Source: an uncultured bacterium
Lineage (GTDB): Bacteria; Patescibacteriota; Saccharimonadia; UBA4664
Direction: 5' to 3'
Length of the DNA stretch: 64,000 nt
Assembly (NCBI GenBank): GCA_963740635.1
Contig: CAVUEQ010000001.1
Coordinates: forward strand, 81,026 to 145,025
In this document: positions 1 through 11,548 of the stretch, piece by piece
Position numbering within the stretch: the first letter of the stretch is position 1
Layout: the number at the start of each line of letters is the position of its first letter
Notes under the pieces: generated by a model
The model's input: only the letters and a program-made list of their open reading frames with translations
Database searches by the model: none
Told to the model about the DNA's origin: nothing
Translations under genes and position numbers: made by a program

Positions 1-810
1 TCGGATGCTGGCCAGGACGCGGTTCTCACGTTCACTAACCACAATGATATAGACCAAAATTTTCGCCTCAGTGTGGCGGATTTCGGTTCGCTGGACGAAG
101 AGGGCGGAGTGGCCTTTTTGGGTAAGCCGGCCAACGAACTGGAGCACAAGTACGGGTTGGCCTCATGGATGCAGCTGGAGGCGGATGCGCTGTTCGTGCC
201 GGCGGGGCAGTCGAGGTCGGTAACGGTGACGGTGAACAACCGGAAATCATTGGCGCCGGGAGGCCACTATGGCGCGGTGCTGGCGACGGCGGTGGATAAC
301 CTGGGCCGGCCGCTGACGAGTGCGGTGGGCGTGCAGCCGGTGTTGTCGAGTCTGCTGCTGGTGGTGAAGCAGGGCGGCGGTGAACGCGACCTGACGCTCG
401 TGGGGCAGACGCCGAACCGCAGCGGGCTGCAGTTGCCGACCTCGATCGAACACCGGTTCCAAAACACCGGCAACATCCATGTGGTGCCGCTGGGGGTAGC
501 GGAGGTGAAAGACCCGGCCGGCCGGGTGGTGGAGCGCGGGGCGCTGAACGAAGAGTCCGGCTACGTGCTGCCCGAGACGTTCCGTCGATTCACGACGCCT
601 CTGCTGAGCGTGGGGCATGCCTGGTTGCCGGGGCGGTACACCGTGGCTACAACGTACCACTTCGAAGGCAGTGACGCCATGCAGCTGGCCGCGGTCAGCT
701 TTTGGTATGCGGGTGACGTGTTGGTGTGGCTGGGGATGCTGCTAGTGGCTCTCATTTTGGCGGGGGCAGGTTGGTGGCTGTGGCGGGCGCGCGCGGCCAA
801 GCGAAAATAG
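1..810 (+). CDS. Two-domain beta-sandwich cell-surface protein with C-terminal TM anchor, DUF916/DUF3324-like (5' end lies outside the window)
   Basis: Frame 1 is open from nt 1, so the gene starts upstream of the listed ORF 73..810. The C-terminus FWYAGDVLVWLGMLLVALILAGAGWWLWRARAAKRK is a TM helix plus basic tail. It is a clear paralogue of ORF 27353..28366 (ADFGSLDEEGG vs DDFGAGTDESG; LAPGGHYGAVLATA vs AEPGGHFGVVRFTA). The family name rests on recalled architecture only. Confidence 0.7.
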   Translation, partial: SDAGQDAVLTFTNHNDIDQNFRLSVADFGSLDEEGGVAFLGKPANELEHKYGLASWMQLEADALFVPAGQSRSVTVTVNNRKSLAPGGHYGAVLATAVDNLGRPLTSAVGVQPVLSSLLLVVKQGGGERDLTLVGQTPNRSGLQLPTSIEHRFQNTGNIHVVPLGVAEVKDPAGRVVERGALNEESGYVLPETFRRFTTPLLSVGHAWLPGRYTVATTYHFEGSDAMQLAAVSFWYAGDVLVWLGMLLVALILAGAGWWLWRARAAKRK

Positions 811-834
811 CCGCAAAAAAGCTGCTCAAAGTAC

Positions 835-863
835 TTGTGTTTATATCTGAAAACGGCTATGCT
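835..863 (+). promoter_or_regulatory. Candidate sigma70-type promoter of giant gene 1 (TTGTGT-17-TATGCT)
   Basis: The -35 TTGTGT (835-840), a 17-nt spacer and the -10 TATGCT (858-863) lie about 90 nt upstream of ATG 955. The same TTGnnn-17-TATGCT/TACAAT layout precedes the other two giant genes. Confidence 0.4.
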
Positions 864-954
864 TAGGGTGTAACCGTGTGAAGGTGTGCGCGTACCAGGT
901 CGCCTCGATGTAAATCGAAGATTCCGGGGACTAGCGGGTGGAAACAGCCGAAGC

Positions 955-3900
955 ATGGTAACCAGGGCGCTGATGGCGACTGGTCTTGCTGGGTTGGTGG
1001 TGGGGGTGGTGCTGGCGGGTCTGCTGAGCCAGCCCGCAGCGGCCGCCACGGGTATCAACAAAGCCATAAACTTCCAGGGCAAGTTGGTGAATACAGACGG
1101 GACGAATATCCCAAACGGCACGTACAACATCGAGTTTAAACTCTATACGGCGGGCGGCGGCTGTGTGGGCGGCGGCAGTTCGCCGTGCGGCGGTACGCTG
1201 CAATGGACCGAGGATCACGTATACGGGTCGGGTTCTCCCGATAACCGCGTGACGGTAACCGACGGCGTGTTCCAGGTGGACCTGGGCGCTATCACAACGC
1301 TGCCGGCGATCTTCAACGATGACACTATTTGGCTGTCGATCAACCTGGGCGATACCACGGCGGCGGTAACGTTCGCGGGAGCGAGCGGGGACGACGAGAT
1401 GTTGCCGTTTATCCGGTTTACGGCCGCGCCGTACGCGCTGAACTCGGATTTGCTGGACGGCCTCGACGCGAGCGCGTTCGCGCAGCTGAACCCGGGGTCG
1501 GCACAGGCCGGCTCACTGCATGTGGATACGAACATCGTGGCTGACGCTAGCCTGCAGGCGCCGTTGGTGGATACGTCTTCGGCAGTGGCTCTCGGTGTGG
1601 GGACCGGGACAGCCTCAAGTGTGACCGTGGGGCGGGCAACGTCCGCCACAAACTTGACGCTGCAGGGATCGGCTAGTACGAGCTGGACCGCTACCGGCGC
1701 GAGCGGTACCACCACGATTGCTTTCAATGCGCCGACGGCCAACACGACCTTGAAATTCCCAGCCAGCGCCGCCGGCAACTATACGATTTGCACGACGGAT
1801 GCGGGGAGCTGTAGCGCGACTTATCAGGCAGCCGGTAATTATTTGGCAAAGAATGCCATCGATACCTCCAGCTTTGCCGTCACGACTGCCGGAGACGCGG
1901 CGCTGTACAAGTTCACCAACTCGAGTTCGGCGGTGGCCAGCGGAGTCCTGCAATTGGATAACGGAAGCAATACCAGCAACACCTTGAGCGTGACGGCGGC
2001 CGCCAGTCCGGCAGCAAATAAAGCTCTGGTGCTGGTGAACGACACGCTCAATAACGCCACCGGTAATCTGATCGATTTGTGGAGTACGCAATCGACTACC
2101 TCGGCCAGCCGGTTCGCGGTGGATACTGTCGGTAACGTGACGCAGGCCGGCGGCACCAGCACCACCGACACGATCAACGGCCAGCGGATCTCGAGTGCCG
2201 CCAACTTTACCGGCACGGTAACGGCAGCCACGAGCCTGCTGGCGCCGCTGCTCGATACGGCCAGCGCCGGCGTGTTGGCCGTCGGGACGACCAACGCCAC
2301 TGCCATCGACCTCAACCAGGACACGGTGCTGGCGGCCGGCAAGAGCCTTAGGGTCACCGGCGATGTGACCGCCAACCGTCCCGCTTCACCGACCGAAGGG
2401 ATGGTGTTCTACGACACCACCACCAAGCAGCTGATCACCTACAGCAACGGCAAATGGCAGAGCGACCGCAGCACCGCTACCAAGATTGTGGCCGCCAGCA
2501 ACGCCAGCCAGGCAGAAAAGGACGGGGCGGACTACATAGCCACCGGCACGAATGACCAAACCACCATCAACACAGCGCTGACCGCGGCTTCCGGCGGCCG
2601 CGTCTACCTGACGGATGGTACCTTCTCGACCACCGATGTCATCTCCATACCGAACAACACCACACTGGCAGGCGCTGGCCGCGGTACGATCATCCAATTC
2701 GCAAACATCGCCGGTCAAACCAAAAACATGATCACTAACACGGACACTGCCACCGGTACAGGTGTAACGGTCCGTGACCTGCAACTCGATGGCAACCGGT
2801 CGGTCAACACCACCGGCACCATGGACGGTATCCACTTCGATCACATGGGCGCTGGCACCGGTTCGAACCCCCGGCAGGGTGCCCTCATCACAGGCGTTTG
2901 GATTAACAACTTCAACGAATACAACTTGTACATGACTACTTCGGGTAACACAACTATTAGCAACAACACCATTCAAAACAGCCTAGGCAGTGGTTTAAGG
3001 CTTGAAGGCTCAAATCGTAACAATATCACCGGCAACCTCGTTGTCAGTAATGGCGGCTCCGGCATTGTGGCGATCAACAGTGGCGCTAACAACTCGAGCT
3101 ACAACGTGATATCCAGCAACAATGTAGTAGGCAACTCCACGAACGGTATCTATGTAATCGGTGACTCCAACACCATTACCGGCAACAACATCCGCGATAA
3201 CGGCGGTTCCAGTGCCTTTGATGGAATCAAATTGACTGATGCATCATCTGGATCAGCGACGGCCAGCAATAACACGATCGTCGGTAACACTATTTCGGAC
3301 ACAGCCGGCACCGGTTACGCGATCGATCTTCTGCTTGTGACAGCGGGAGCTTGTCAGAACAACTACCTGGCCAGCAACTACTACACCGGGACCGGCGCAA
3401 CCACTATGAACGATACATGTACCGGCACTATCTACGGCGGCCAGCTCAACAGCTCTGGTGCATATGTCATCCAGCCTGCGGGCGGTGTAACTATCGATAG
3501 CTCCGCAGCCGGCCAGACATTCGCCATCGCCAACAGTGCCGTCACGCACACCATTCAGATCGGTACCGGTGCAGCGGTGCAAGGTATAACTATCGGCAGT
3601 ACAAACGGCGCTTCGTCGCTGGCATTGAATGCCGGTACCGGCGGACTGACGATCCAAACTCAGGGGACAGGTACGCTAGGAATCGGCAATAACGCTGTCG
3701 CCCAAACATTGGCGATCGGAAACAATACGGGCGCAACTTCCGTAAATATTCAGGCTGGTACCGGCAACCTCAGCTTGGGTGATGGCGGCGTTGCCAACTC
3801 AATCCAATTAGGCAATACGACCGGCGCGGTAACCCAGATAATAAATATCGGCAACAACAGCACTGCAAGCTCGACCAACAATATAAACATCGGCTCATCG

Positions 3901-6900
3901 ATTGCCGGCACCACTGCTATCACCGGCCCAACGACCGTTACGAACCGAACCAGCGGCTCGTCAGACACGTTTGTGGTGAGTAACTCGACCTCTACTGGCA
4001 ACGTGGCGGTGTTTAAGGACAACTCGACAGCGGTGGCAACAATCGCCGACGGCGGGGCGACGACCTTTAAGAATGCGGTCGACTCGGCCTCCGCCTTCCT
4101 GGTGCAAAACTTGGGGGGCGCGGACCTGTTCAAGGTGGACACTTCGAATACCAACATTGTGGCCGGTAGCAGCTCGGGCGATGTCCGCGCCTGGAGCAGT
4201 GATACCACAGGCACGATATCCGCCCGGGATCTGGCAAAAACCGCCACGGTGGGCGGATACGTCTACACCGTCGGTGGTTGCGATACCTCCGGGAGTTCAT
4301 CCGCGACGGTGCAGTACGCCAAGATTGCCGCGGATGGGTCGCTGGGCAACTGGGGCACCACCACGAGCATTCCCGCCAATGCGTGCCTGGGGGCCGGTGT
4401 TGCAGCGGCGAACGGATATTTGTACGTCACAAACTACAATGGCTCGGCCATCGAGACTTACTACGCCAAGCCGGCCCTGGACGGAACTGTCAGCGCCTGG
4501 ACGACCAGTCCGGTCACCATCGCCAGTGGCTACCAGGAGTACGGCCTGACGGCGTACTCAAATTACCTTTATGTCCTCGGCGGGACAAGTGAGATTACGA
4601 CGGTCCAGTACTCCAGAGTGAATCCGGACGGCACGATCGGTGCCTGGGCGGCAACGTCGTCACTGGCGCTGGGGTTGAAGGCGGCTCAGCCGGTGGTGGC
4701 AAACGGGTACATGTACATGGCCGGCGGCAACGGCGGGGGAAGCGGCGCCAACGATGACGTGCAGCGGGCCAAGATTAACGCCGACGGTACGCTGGGATCC
4801 TGGTCGAACCAGACGAATGTGCTTCCGGATATCCGGGCGTATGCTGTTAACCTGGCGCTCAACGGCTACTTGTACGTGATTAGCGGAGCCGAAACCTCAG
4901 CCGGCACTAACCCCAGCAACACCGTGTACTACGCGCCGTTTAATGCCGATGGTACCGTGGGATCGTTTACTTCCAGTGCCAGCACGCTGCCCGCCGTCCG
5001 CTGGCTGAGCTCCGGCTTTGTGGCCAACGGTTACCTGTACGTCATCAGTGGTACGCCCGACGTCGATGCTAACGCCACGACCACCACCTACTACACCTCG
5101 GGCAGCCGGGTGCAGGTGGCGGGTTCGCTGGATCTGATCGGCATTTCGGGCGAGGAGTTGCCGGAAGGCTCTACCGGTGGTCAGCTGTATGCCGGCGATA
5201 CCTACGTCGCTGGTCTGATGCAGGTGACAGGGGCGGCAAACTTCCTTAATAATGTGTCGGTTAACCGGGATCTGTCGGTGGGCGGCATGGTGGCCTTCCG
5301 CAACGCGACCAACTCGGCCACGGCCTTTGCGGTGCAAGACTCTCTGGGGGCAGCGCTGTTGGCGGTGGATACGGCGACGCGGGGGGCCGGCGGAGGGAAC
5401 TTGCTGAAGGTCGGGAACTCGACGGGTACTGACGGTGCCACGACGATTTTCCAGCTTGATTCGTCCTCAGCCAACCCCACTTCGAACCTGTCGGCGCTCA
5501 ACGGCGGGTTGTATTACAACTCGAACACCACCAAGCTGATGGCGATTGAGAATGGGGCGGTGCAGACGGTATGTACGACGATTGCGGTCTGCTCGGGCTA
5601 CGCGGCCGGGACGGGAACGGCGTTTTTGCAGAATGGCAATAGTTTCTCGGCTACTGCAGTGCTCGGGACCAACGACGCGCAGGCGCTTGAGTTAGAGACT
5701 GGCGGGGTGACGCGGCTGACGGTGAGCTCGACCGGTAGCACGACAGTTGCATCGGGCAATTCGTTCACGGTGACGAGCGGGGCGACGACTTTGACCGGGG
5801 CCACCAGCGGGGACGCCTTCGCGGTGAGCAACAGTACCTCGACCGGTAACATTGCCGTGTTCAAGGATAATTCGACGACTGTGGCGAGGATTGCCGATGG
5901 CGGCGGGGCGTATTTCCAAAATGCAGCCGACTCCACTAATGCCTTCAATATCGAGACGCTCGCGGCCGATAGCCTATTCAAGGTTGACACTACGAATTCA
6001 CGAGTTGGCATCAATCTTCGCGGCACAAACACTCCGACGCTCGGCTCCGGGGTGCAGGGCCTGGAAGTGAATGGGGCGATCCGGCTGTCCGGGGGCGCCA
6101 CGGCATCGCTCAACGATGACTTCACGACCCCGGTGGGTACGAGCGTGAAGTCCAAGATTAATATTCCGCTGTTCAACCCGGGAAACTTCGGGCAGATTCT
6201 GGCTTTTGGTCTACCTTCGGGGTCGGATGGGACGGCGCGGGCGATCTCGGTGTTTGATGACCGGGCGGCGGGGGACAACCAACCGCCGCTGAATGTGTTT
6301 GCGCCGAACGAAAACAACCTGCTGGGTCTGAGCTGGGACGGCTCAAACACTACCGGATATCTCAAAGTGACCGGGTCGAATTCGGTTGGCATCAAGGCTA
6401 ACGGGACGGCAGCCGCCACGTTTAGCTCGTCGGCCGTGAGCCTGTTGCAGGACACGACGGTGGCTGCGAACAAGAGTTTGACTCTGACGAGTGGTACGGG
6501 TACGTTCGCGCAGACCTACACCGGCACGACCACCGATGCTCATATCATTACGGCCAACTCGCTCACGACCGGGACGGCGCTGAAAGTGACGTCGGCGTCG
6601 AATTCGGCGGCCAACTCGGCTTGGAGCGCGGTGTCGCTGAACGTGACGAACAACCAGGGCACGACGGCCGTGAGCACCGGGACCATTGCCGGGCTGGACC
6701 TGCAGTATACCCAGAACACATCCGTGGCCGGCAACACCAAGACGGTGGCGAACTTTGCGATCGCGCAGAATAACAGCTCGAGTACGGATAGTGCAGTGAG
6801 TTCCATTATTAATGTAGCGAACAATGACACCGCGACCGGTAACCAGATCACGGCTGCCAAGGGCGTGAACATTGACGGCGCCAATGTGACGGACGGGGTG

Positions 6901-9900
6901 TACTTCAACGGCACGTTTGGGACGAACCTGATCAATTCCAGCACAGGCAACTTTGTGGTGGCGCAAAGCGGGGCGGTGACGGCGGTGGGCGTGAACTCGG
7001 GGAGCGGGTTGATTCAGGGCACTGGTGGCGAAACGACCACGGGTACAATCCAGCTCAATGCGTCCGGTGCGGGTGTGACGACCATTGGTAACGCATCGAG
7101 CGGGGCGCTGACAGTGGCGGCGGGTGCGAACTCCACTATAAATACGGGCTCTAATTCGCTGGCGGTGACATCGAGTAACTTTAATGTGTCGACCGGCGGC
7201 GTGCTGAATGTGGTGGGTGGGTCGGCCGGGTTCCAGATTGGGGGCGCGGCGGCCAGCGGGGACTTCCTGCGCGGGAACGGCACGAGCTTTGTGGCCGGCA
7301 CTATCCAGGCGACGGATGCGACCGGCGTGTTTGTGAAGAATGTGCCGGCTGCCACGAGCGACAACACGATCAACCCGGGCGCCAACAACGCCGTGGCGTT
7401 GACGGTGCGCGGTTCGAGCGATGGATCCAACCCCAGTATTCTCGACATCCGCGATTCGGGTAACACTCAGCAGGCGTTTTTTAACTCAGCGGGTTCGCTG
7501 AATGTGGCTCAGGTAATTCAGCCGACTACCAATAATGCAGTGGACCTTGGCGTGACGGGGACCAACACTTTCCGTACAGGCTACTTTGGCACGAGTGTGA
7601 TAGCGGCCGCGTCGACGCTTAACGGAACGTCGCTGACATTTGGCGGGACGTCGAATGCGACGGTGAAACCGGCCGACCAGGCGTCGGCGGCGACAGCCGG
7701 AGTGAACCTCACGGTGCAGGCGGCGGCCGGCAATACCTCGGGCGTTGGCGGCAACCTGGTGCTCAACGCCGGGGCCGGGGGTAACGCGGCGGCAGGTGGT
7801 AACGCAACAATCCAAGGTGGTGCAGCCGGCGGCGGAAACACCGCCGGCGGGACAGCTACGGTCCAGGGTGGGACGGCCTCGGGTACCGCTGCCGGTGGTG
7901 CAGTGACGGTCCAGGGTGGTACGGCGGCCTCGAATGCCTCCAGTATCGGTGGCGCAGTCACAATTGTCGGTGGTTCAGCCGGGGCGACGGCCGGTTCGCA
8001 GGGTGGCGCGGTCGCGATTACTGGTGGAGCGGGTACCAGCACCGGCACCGGCGCGGCCGGCAACACGGTGACGATCACCGGCGGCGCGGCCGGTGGCAGC
8101 GGCAACAACGCCGGCGGCGCCACAACAGTGCAAGGCGGCCAGGCAACCGGAACCGCGACCGGCGGGCTCCTTACGCTGCAGGGCGGCGCGGCCGCCGCCG
8201 CTGCCGGCAGCCAGGGCGGTAGCGTATCGGTGCTGGGCCGGGCCGGTTCTAGTACTGGTACAGGTGGAGCGGGCGGCAATATCACCATAACGGCCGGAGC
8301 GGCTGCAGGCAGTGGAGCGAACAATGGTGGCAGTGTTACCATCGCTGCCGGGGCGGCTTCGAGTACTGGTGTGCCGGGCGTGGTGAGCATAGCCGCGCCA
8401 GTCTTTACTTCGGTGAGCGAGTCGTTTACGCAGACTGGTAACAACCAGACCTTCACGTCAGGCACTGATCCAGCGCTGCAGACTAACCTGGACGCGTACG
8501 GCACTATAGTGATGAACGTCACCGGCGCCTATACCGGAGCGACCGTCACGATGCCGTCGCCGACAAATACGGCTGCCGGACGGGTGATGCTCGTATCAGC
8601 AGCTAGCGGCTCGGTGGCCTTCACCCTGGCGGCGACGGGTATGTCGAGCGTGAACATGAGCGCCGGCAACACCGCCACGCTGGTGTGGAACGGCAGCGGT
8701 TGGAGCGGCACCACGACGGCCAGCTCGCTGCAGCAGGTGTATAACAATACCTCCACGACGCCGGCATCTATTATTACGACATCGTCCACCAAGAATATTC
8801 TGTTGCAGGCCGGCAGCGGTTACGACAACGCCAACTTGTTCCAGATCGGCAACAGCGTGGGTGCGCAGGAGCTGACGGTGGATACTACCAATACCGCTAC
8901 GGGCCTGAACCTGATGCCGAACAGCGGGGCGGAAACGGCGACCGGCTTTACGACGACCTATCCGTTGACCGGCTTCGGAACGGTCGGCACTGAGGACCGA
9001 ACGACTTCCACCTTCGCTTCTGGCTCGGCAGCGGTTTACGCGACGCCAACCGCAGCAAATAGTGGCATCCGCGCCAACTTGGGCGCAGCTCTAACTACCT
9101 CGAAGGTATACAACGTATCATTTACGGTCATGTCGAGCACCGCGTGGAGCGATATTGATGTCCGTTACAACCGCACTGGCACAACGTCGGACGGAGCAGC
9201 GGCTACCTGTTCTACGGCTAGCTCCACCGGTGGCTCCACCTTCAATACACGGACTGTGAGTACCACCGCTTGGACCAAGATTGTCTGCTATCTGACGACA
9301 TCGGCTTCGGCGGGAGACGCCACGGCCAACATTGTTATTTTCCAGACCGCATCCACTAGCCGTACGATCTACGTCGACAACATCGCGGTGGTAAATCAAA
9401 ATACTACCGGCGCTCAGGACGTAGGCGTTTTACAGGTTGGTGGAACCTACAGTCAGGGGCTAACCTTGATGACACTGGACTCGTACGCTAGCACTCCGTG
9501 GACCGGTGCCGGTAACACAAATCTATTTGGCTCGATGTATTACGACACTACGGCCGGCCTCATTAAGTGCTATCAGGCATCCGGCTGGGGTACTTGCGGG
9601 GCGGCGCCGAATAACAACGTGGGCTTGATTCCGGAGTATGGCAACGCTGTGCTCAACGGCACTATCGGGGCCGGAGGTGGCACTGACTCCAATATCGGGA
9701 CGATGACCGCCAATATTTGTTCTGGTACCAGTAGGCTAAGCGTAAACACGTCCGGCCCCTGCGCAGCCACCGAACGACTACAACTACTACCAGTGGACAT
9801 CGAGTCAAAATCTTACAGACCAACAGACTTACGACATCTTCGTGCGCTACCAGTTGCCGCCGACATTTAATAACTTTGCCAGTGACTCGACAATCCAGGC

Positions 9901-10156
9901 GACTGCTCGGGGTTCCAGTACGTCGGAGGGATCCGTGAACTTGTCATTGTATCTGCCCAGTGGAACACAATGTGGTAGCACTACCTCGCTATACAGCAGT
10001 GCGAATACCTGGACAACAACCAGCTTAGGTGGCAGCGGCGAAACGTCCTGCGGATTTACGGGCGGCGATGTCATGACATTTAAGGTTCGGATGTCGTCGA
10101 AGAACAATGCTATCGTGTATGTGAGTAACATTACGTTTACGATGACGGGTAAGTAG
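955..10156 (+). CDS. Giant secreted adhesin-like protein (about 3,066 aa if one extra nt near 9773-9777 is removed); beta-helix + Kelch-like + Gly/Ala-rich modules
   Basis: Long frame-1 ORF 886..9870. ATG 955 gives the Sec signal peptide MVTRALMATGLAGLVVGVVLAGLLSQPAAAA. Parallel beta-helix repeats lie at about nt 2590-3340 (NNTIQNS, GNLVVSNGGSGI, NNVVGNSTNGIYV, GNNIRDNGG). Kelch-like blades lie at about 4250-5060 (GGYVYTVGG, NGYLYV, NYLYVLGG, NGYMYMAGG). Gly/Ala rungs lie at 7690-8400. Plausible protein then continues in frame 2 (NDYNYYQWTSSQ...FTMTGK, stop at 10156), while frame 1 turns into junk. Confidence 0.8.
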
Positions 10157-10164
10157 GGGGAGCT

Positions 10165-10782
10165 GTGGTTCGGTTTAGCGAGATGAGCAGGGGGAGATTT
10201 GCCGGCTGGATGCTGGGGGGCTTGGTGTTCGTGGTGGGGTCTGTAACGCTGGCGCAGCAGGTCGGCGGGGTGGTGTCGCATATTGCGAACGGGGTTGTGA
10301 GCCACCAGAAAACGTATGCCAATACCGGCACGACGGCCGCAAACGGGCCGGACGCACCCACGGATGTGAGTAATGCCAAATTTGACTACCTGGTGCCGGG
10401 CAAGAGCGATGCGTGGAAAATGAATGACGGGCAGACGGCCTACGATCCCGATAAGGGAATCGTGAAATATGAAGTGACGTTTACGAATGCCAAGGTGGCG
10501 GCGACGGTGACTCAACAAGTATTTCCGGACCAGTTGAAGCCGCGGGGCGGGGACGCGTTCCGGGCTTTTGTGGCTAAATCCAATCCGAGCCGCAGCGCGG
10601 ACGTGAACGGCGGGACGGTGTACTTCCTGCAGTTTTTGCAAAACGGGGCGCCGTCATCGGACGGCACCAACACGGTGATTTTCGCCCGCGACGACGTGTT
10701 GATGTTTGGCCAGGCCCGCGGCATGCTAGGATACGATGCCTGGACCAAGATGATGGCGAGCTTGCAGAAGGCGGCGAAGTAA
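10165..10782 (+). CDS. Hypothetical secreted or membrane-anchored protein
   Basis: 205-aa ORF directly after giant gene 1. It has an N-terminal hydrophobic segment (WMLGGLVFVVGSVTLAQQ). No motif was recognised. Confidence 0.55.
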   Translation: MVRFSEMSRGRFAGWMLGGLVFVVGSVTLAQQVGGVVSHIANGVVSHQKTYANTGTTAANGPDAPTDVSNAKFDYLVPGKSDAWKMNDGQTAYDPDKGIVKYEVTFTNAKVAATVTQQVFPDQLKPRGGDAFRAFVAKSNPSRSADVNGGTVYFLQFLQNGAPSSDGTNTVIFARDDVLMFGQARGMLGYDAWTKMMASLQKAAK

Positions 10783-10785
10783 CCC

Positions 10786-11163
10786 TCAGGATAAGAGCTC
10801 GAGTTTTATGCCGGGTAGTCCCTGATACGTTTTATAGAGTGATTTATCGAGTGTAACAAAGTGACTTACACCGTGGCGGATAGCGGTAGCCAGTTGAAGG
10901 GCATCTTCGTAGTCCTTGGTGCGGGTGTTGATGAAAGCCCATTCGAAGTCGGCGGCGTCTAGTGGCAAGATGGAGTAGTCGGCTAGAAATTGGCGCAGTA
11001 TGGGCAGAACAGTAACGGACGTGCCGAAATGAACAACCAGGTGGGCTGTGAGGGCTGAGATATAAAGTACACCATTCGCGTACCGTTGCAAGATTTGCCT
11101 GGCGCTGGCTTGGCGGGTCCGGTCTAGCAGGATTTCGAGTAGGATGTTGGCGTCGAGGAAGAC
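10786..11163 (-). CDS. vapC: PIN-domain toxin (VapC-like); start codon unresolved
   Basis: PIN-like sequence EVFLDANILLEILLDRTRQ...DYEDALQLATAIRHGVSHFVTLD lies immediately downstream of an antitoxin gene. No ATG/GTG/TTG occurs in frame near the expected N-terminus (codons read AAT ACG GTC GCT AAT ACC GGC GAG GTC). The 5' coordinate is therefore approximate. Confidence 0.65.
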   Translation of the reverse strand, partial: VFLDANILLEILLDRTRQASARQILQRYANGVLYISALTAHLVVHFGTSVTVLPILRQFLADYSILPLDAADFEWAFINTRTKDYEDALQLATAIRHGVSHFVTLDKSLYKTYQGLPGIKLELLS

Positions 11164-11173
11164 CTCGCCGGTA

Positions 11174-11437
11174 TTAGCGACCGTATTTCTTGGCGATGGA
11201 GTCACGGTAGATTTCCTTGATGGGCGCGTTTGGATCGAAGGGCGACGGCTGTTTGGGTGCGGCATCAAAGGCGCGTAAGCCCGCGAGCGGCTGCCGGTTT
11301 TGGAGTTTGGGCTCGGCAGGACTGAGGCGGACCGGTTGCTTGAAACGGTGCTTGACGACGACTTCTTCGCCGGCCAGTACCCGGTCCAGCACTTGGTCGA
11401 GGTGTGCGCGTAGCTCTTTGGCGCCAATTGTCTTCAT
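11174..11437 (-). CDS. Phd/YefM-type antitoxin
   Basis: 87 aa. The N-terminus MKTIGAKELRAHLDQVLDRVLAGEEVVVKHRFKQPV is typical of Phd/YefM antitoxins. It sits directly upstream of the PIN gene. Confidence 0.75.
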   Translation of the reverse strand: MKTIGAKELRAHLDQVLDRVLAGEEVVVKHRFKQPVRLSPAEPKLQNRQPLAGLRAFDAAPKQPSPFDPNAPIKEIYRDSIAKKYGR

Positions 11438-11500
11438 AGTTGAAGTTTACCTTAGGTTTACTTTGGAGTCAAAGTGATGTTGGTCGGCCAGCACAGTCAG

Positions 11501-11529
11501 TTGAATCTGAGAGCCAAAGCTATTATGCT
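11501..11529 (+). promoter_or_regulatory. Candidate promoter of the Kelch-repeat gene (TTGAAT-17-TATGCT)
   Basis: -35 at 11501-11506, 17-nt spacer, -10 at 11524-11529. These are followed by AAGGAG (11537-11542) and GTG 11549. Confidence 0.45.
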
Positions 11530-11548
11530 AATGGTTAAGGAGTTGTGA

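Noticed and set aside
2855-2875. tRNA T-arm-like string GGTTCGAACCC
   Set aside because: It lies inside the continuous giant-gene reading frame, and no acceptor or anticodon stems surround it. No tRNA was recognised anywhere in the window.
7690-8400. Periodic G-rich DNA as a CRISPR array or non-coding tandem repeat
   Set aside because: The repeats are imperfect and of variable length, have no spacer/repeat alternation, and lie within an uninterrupted coding frame.
7581-8522. 313-aa Pro/Ala-rich ORF on the minus strand (also 8093..8290 on the plus strand) inside giant gene 1
   Set aside because: It is the mirror image of the Gly/Ala-rich coding repeats (GGN/GCN read as NCC/NGC). It has no start context. 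The plus-strand frame is continuous with a 3,000-aa protein.
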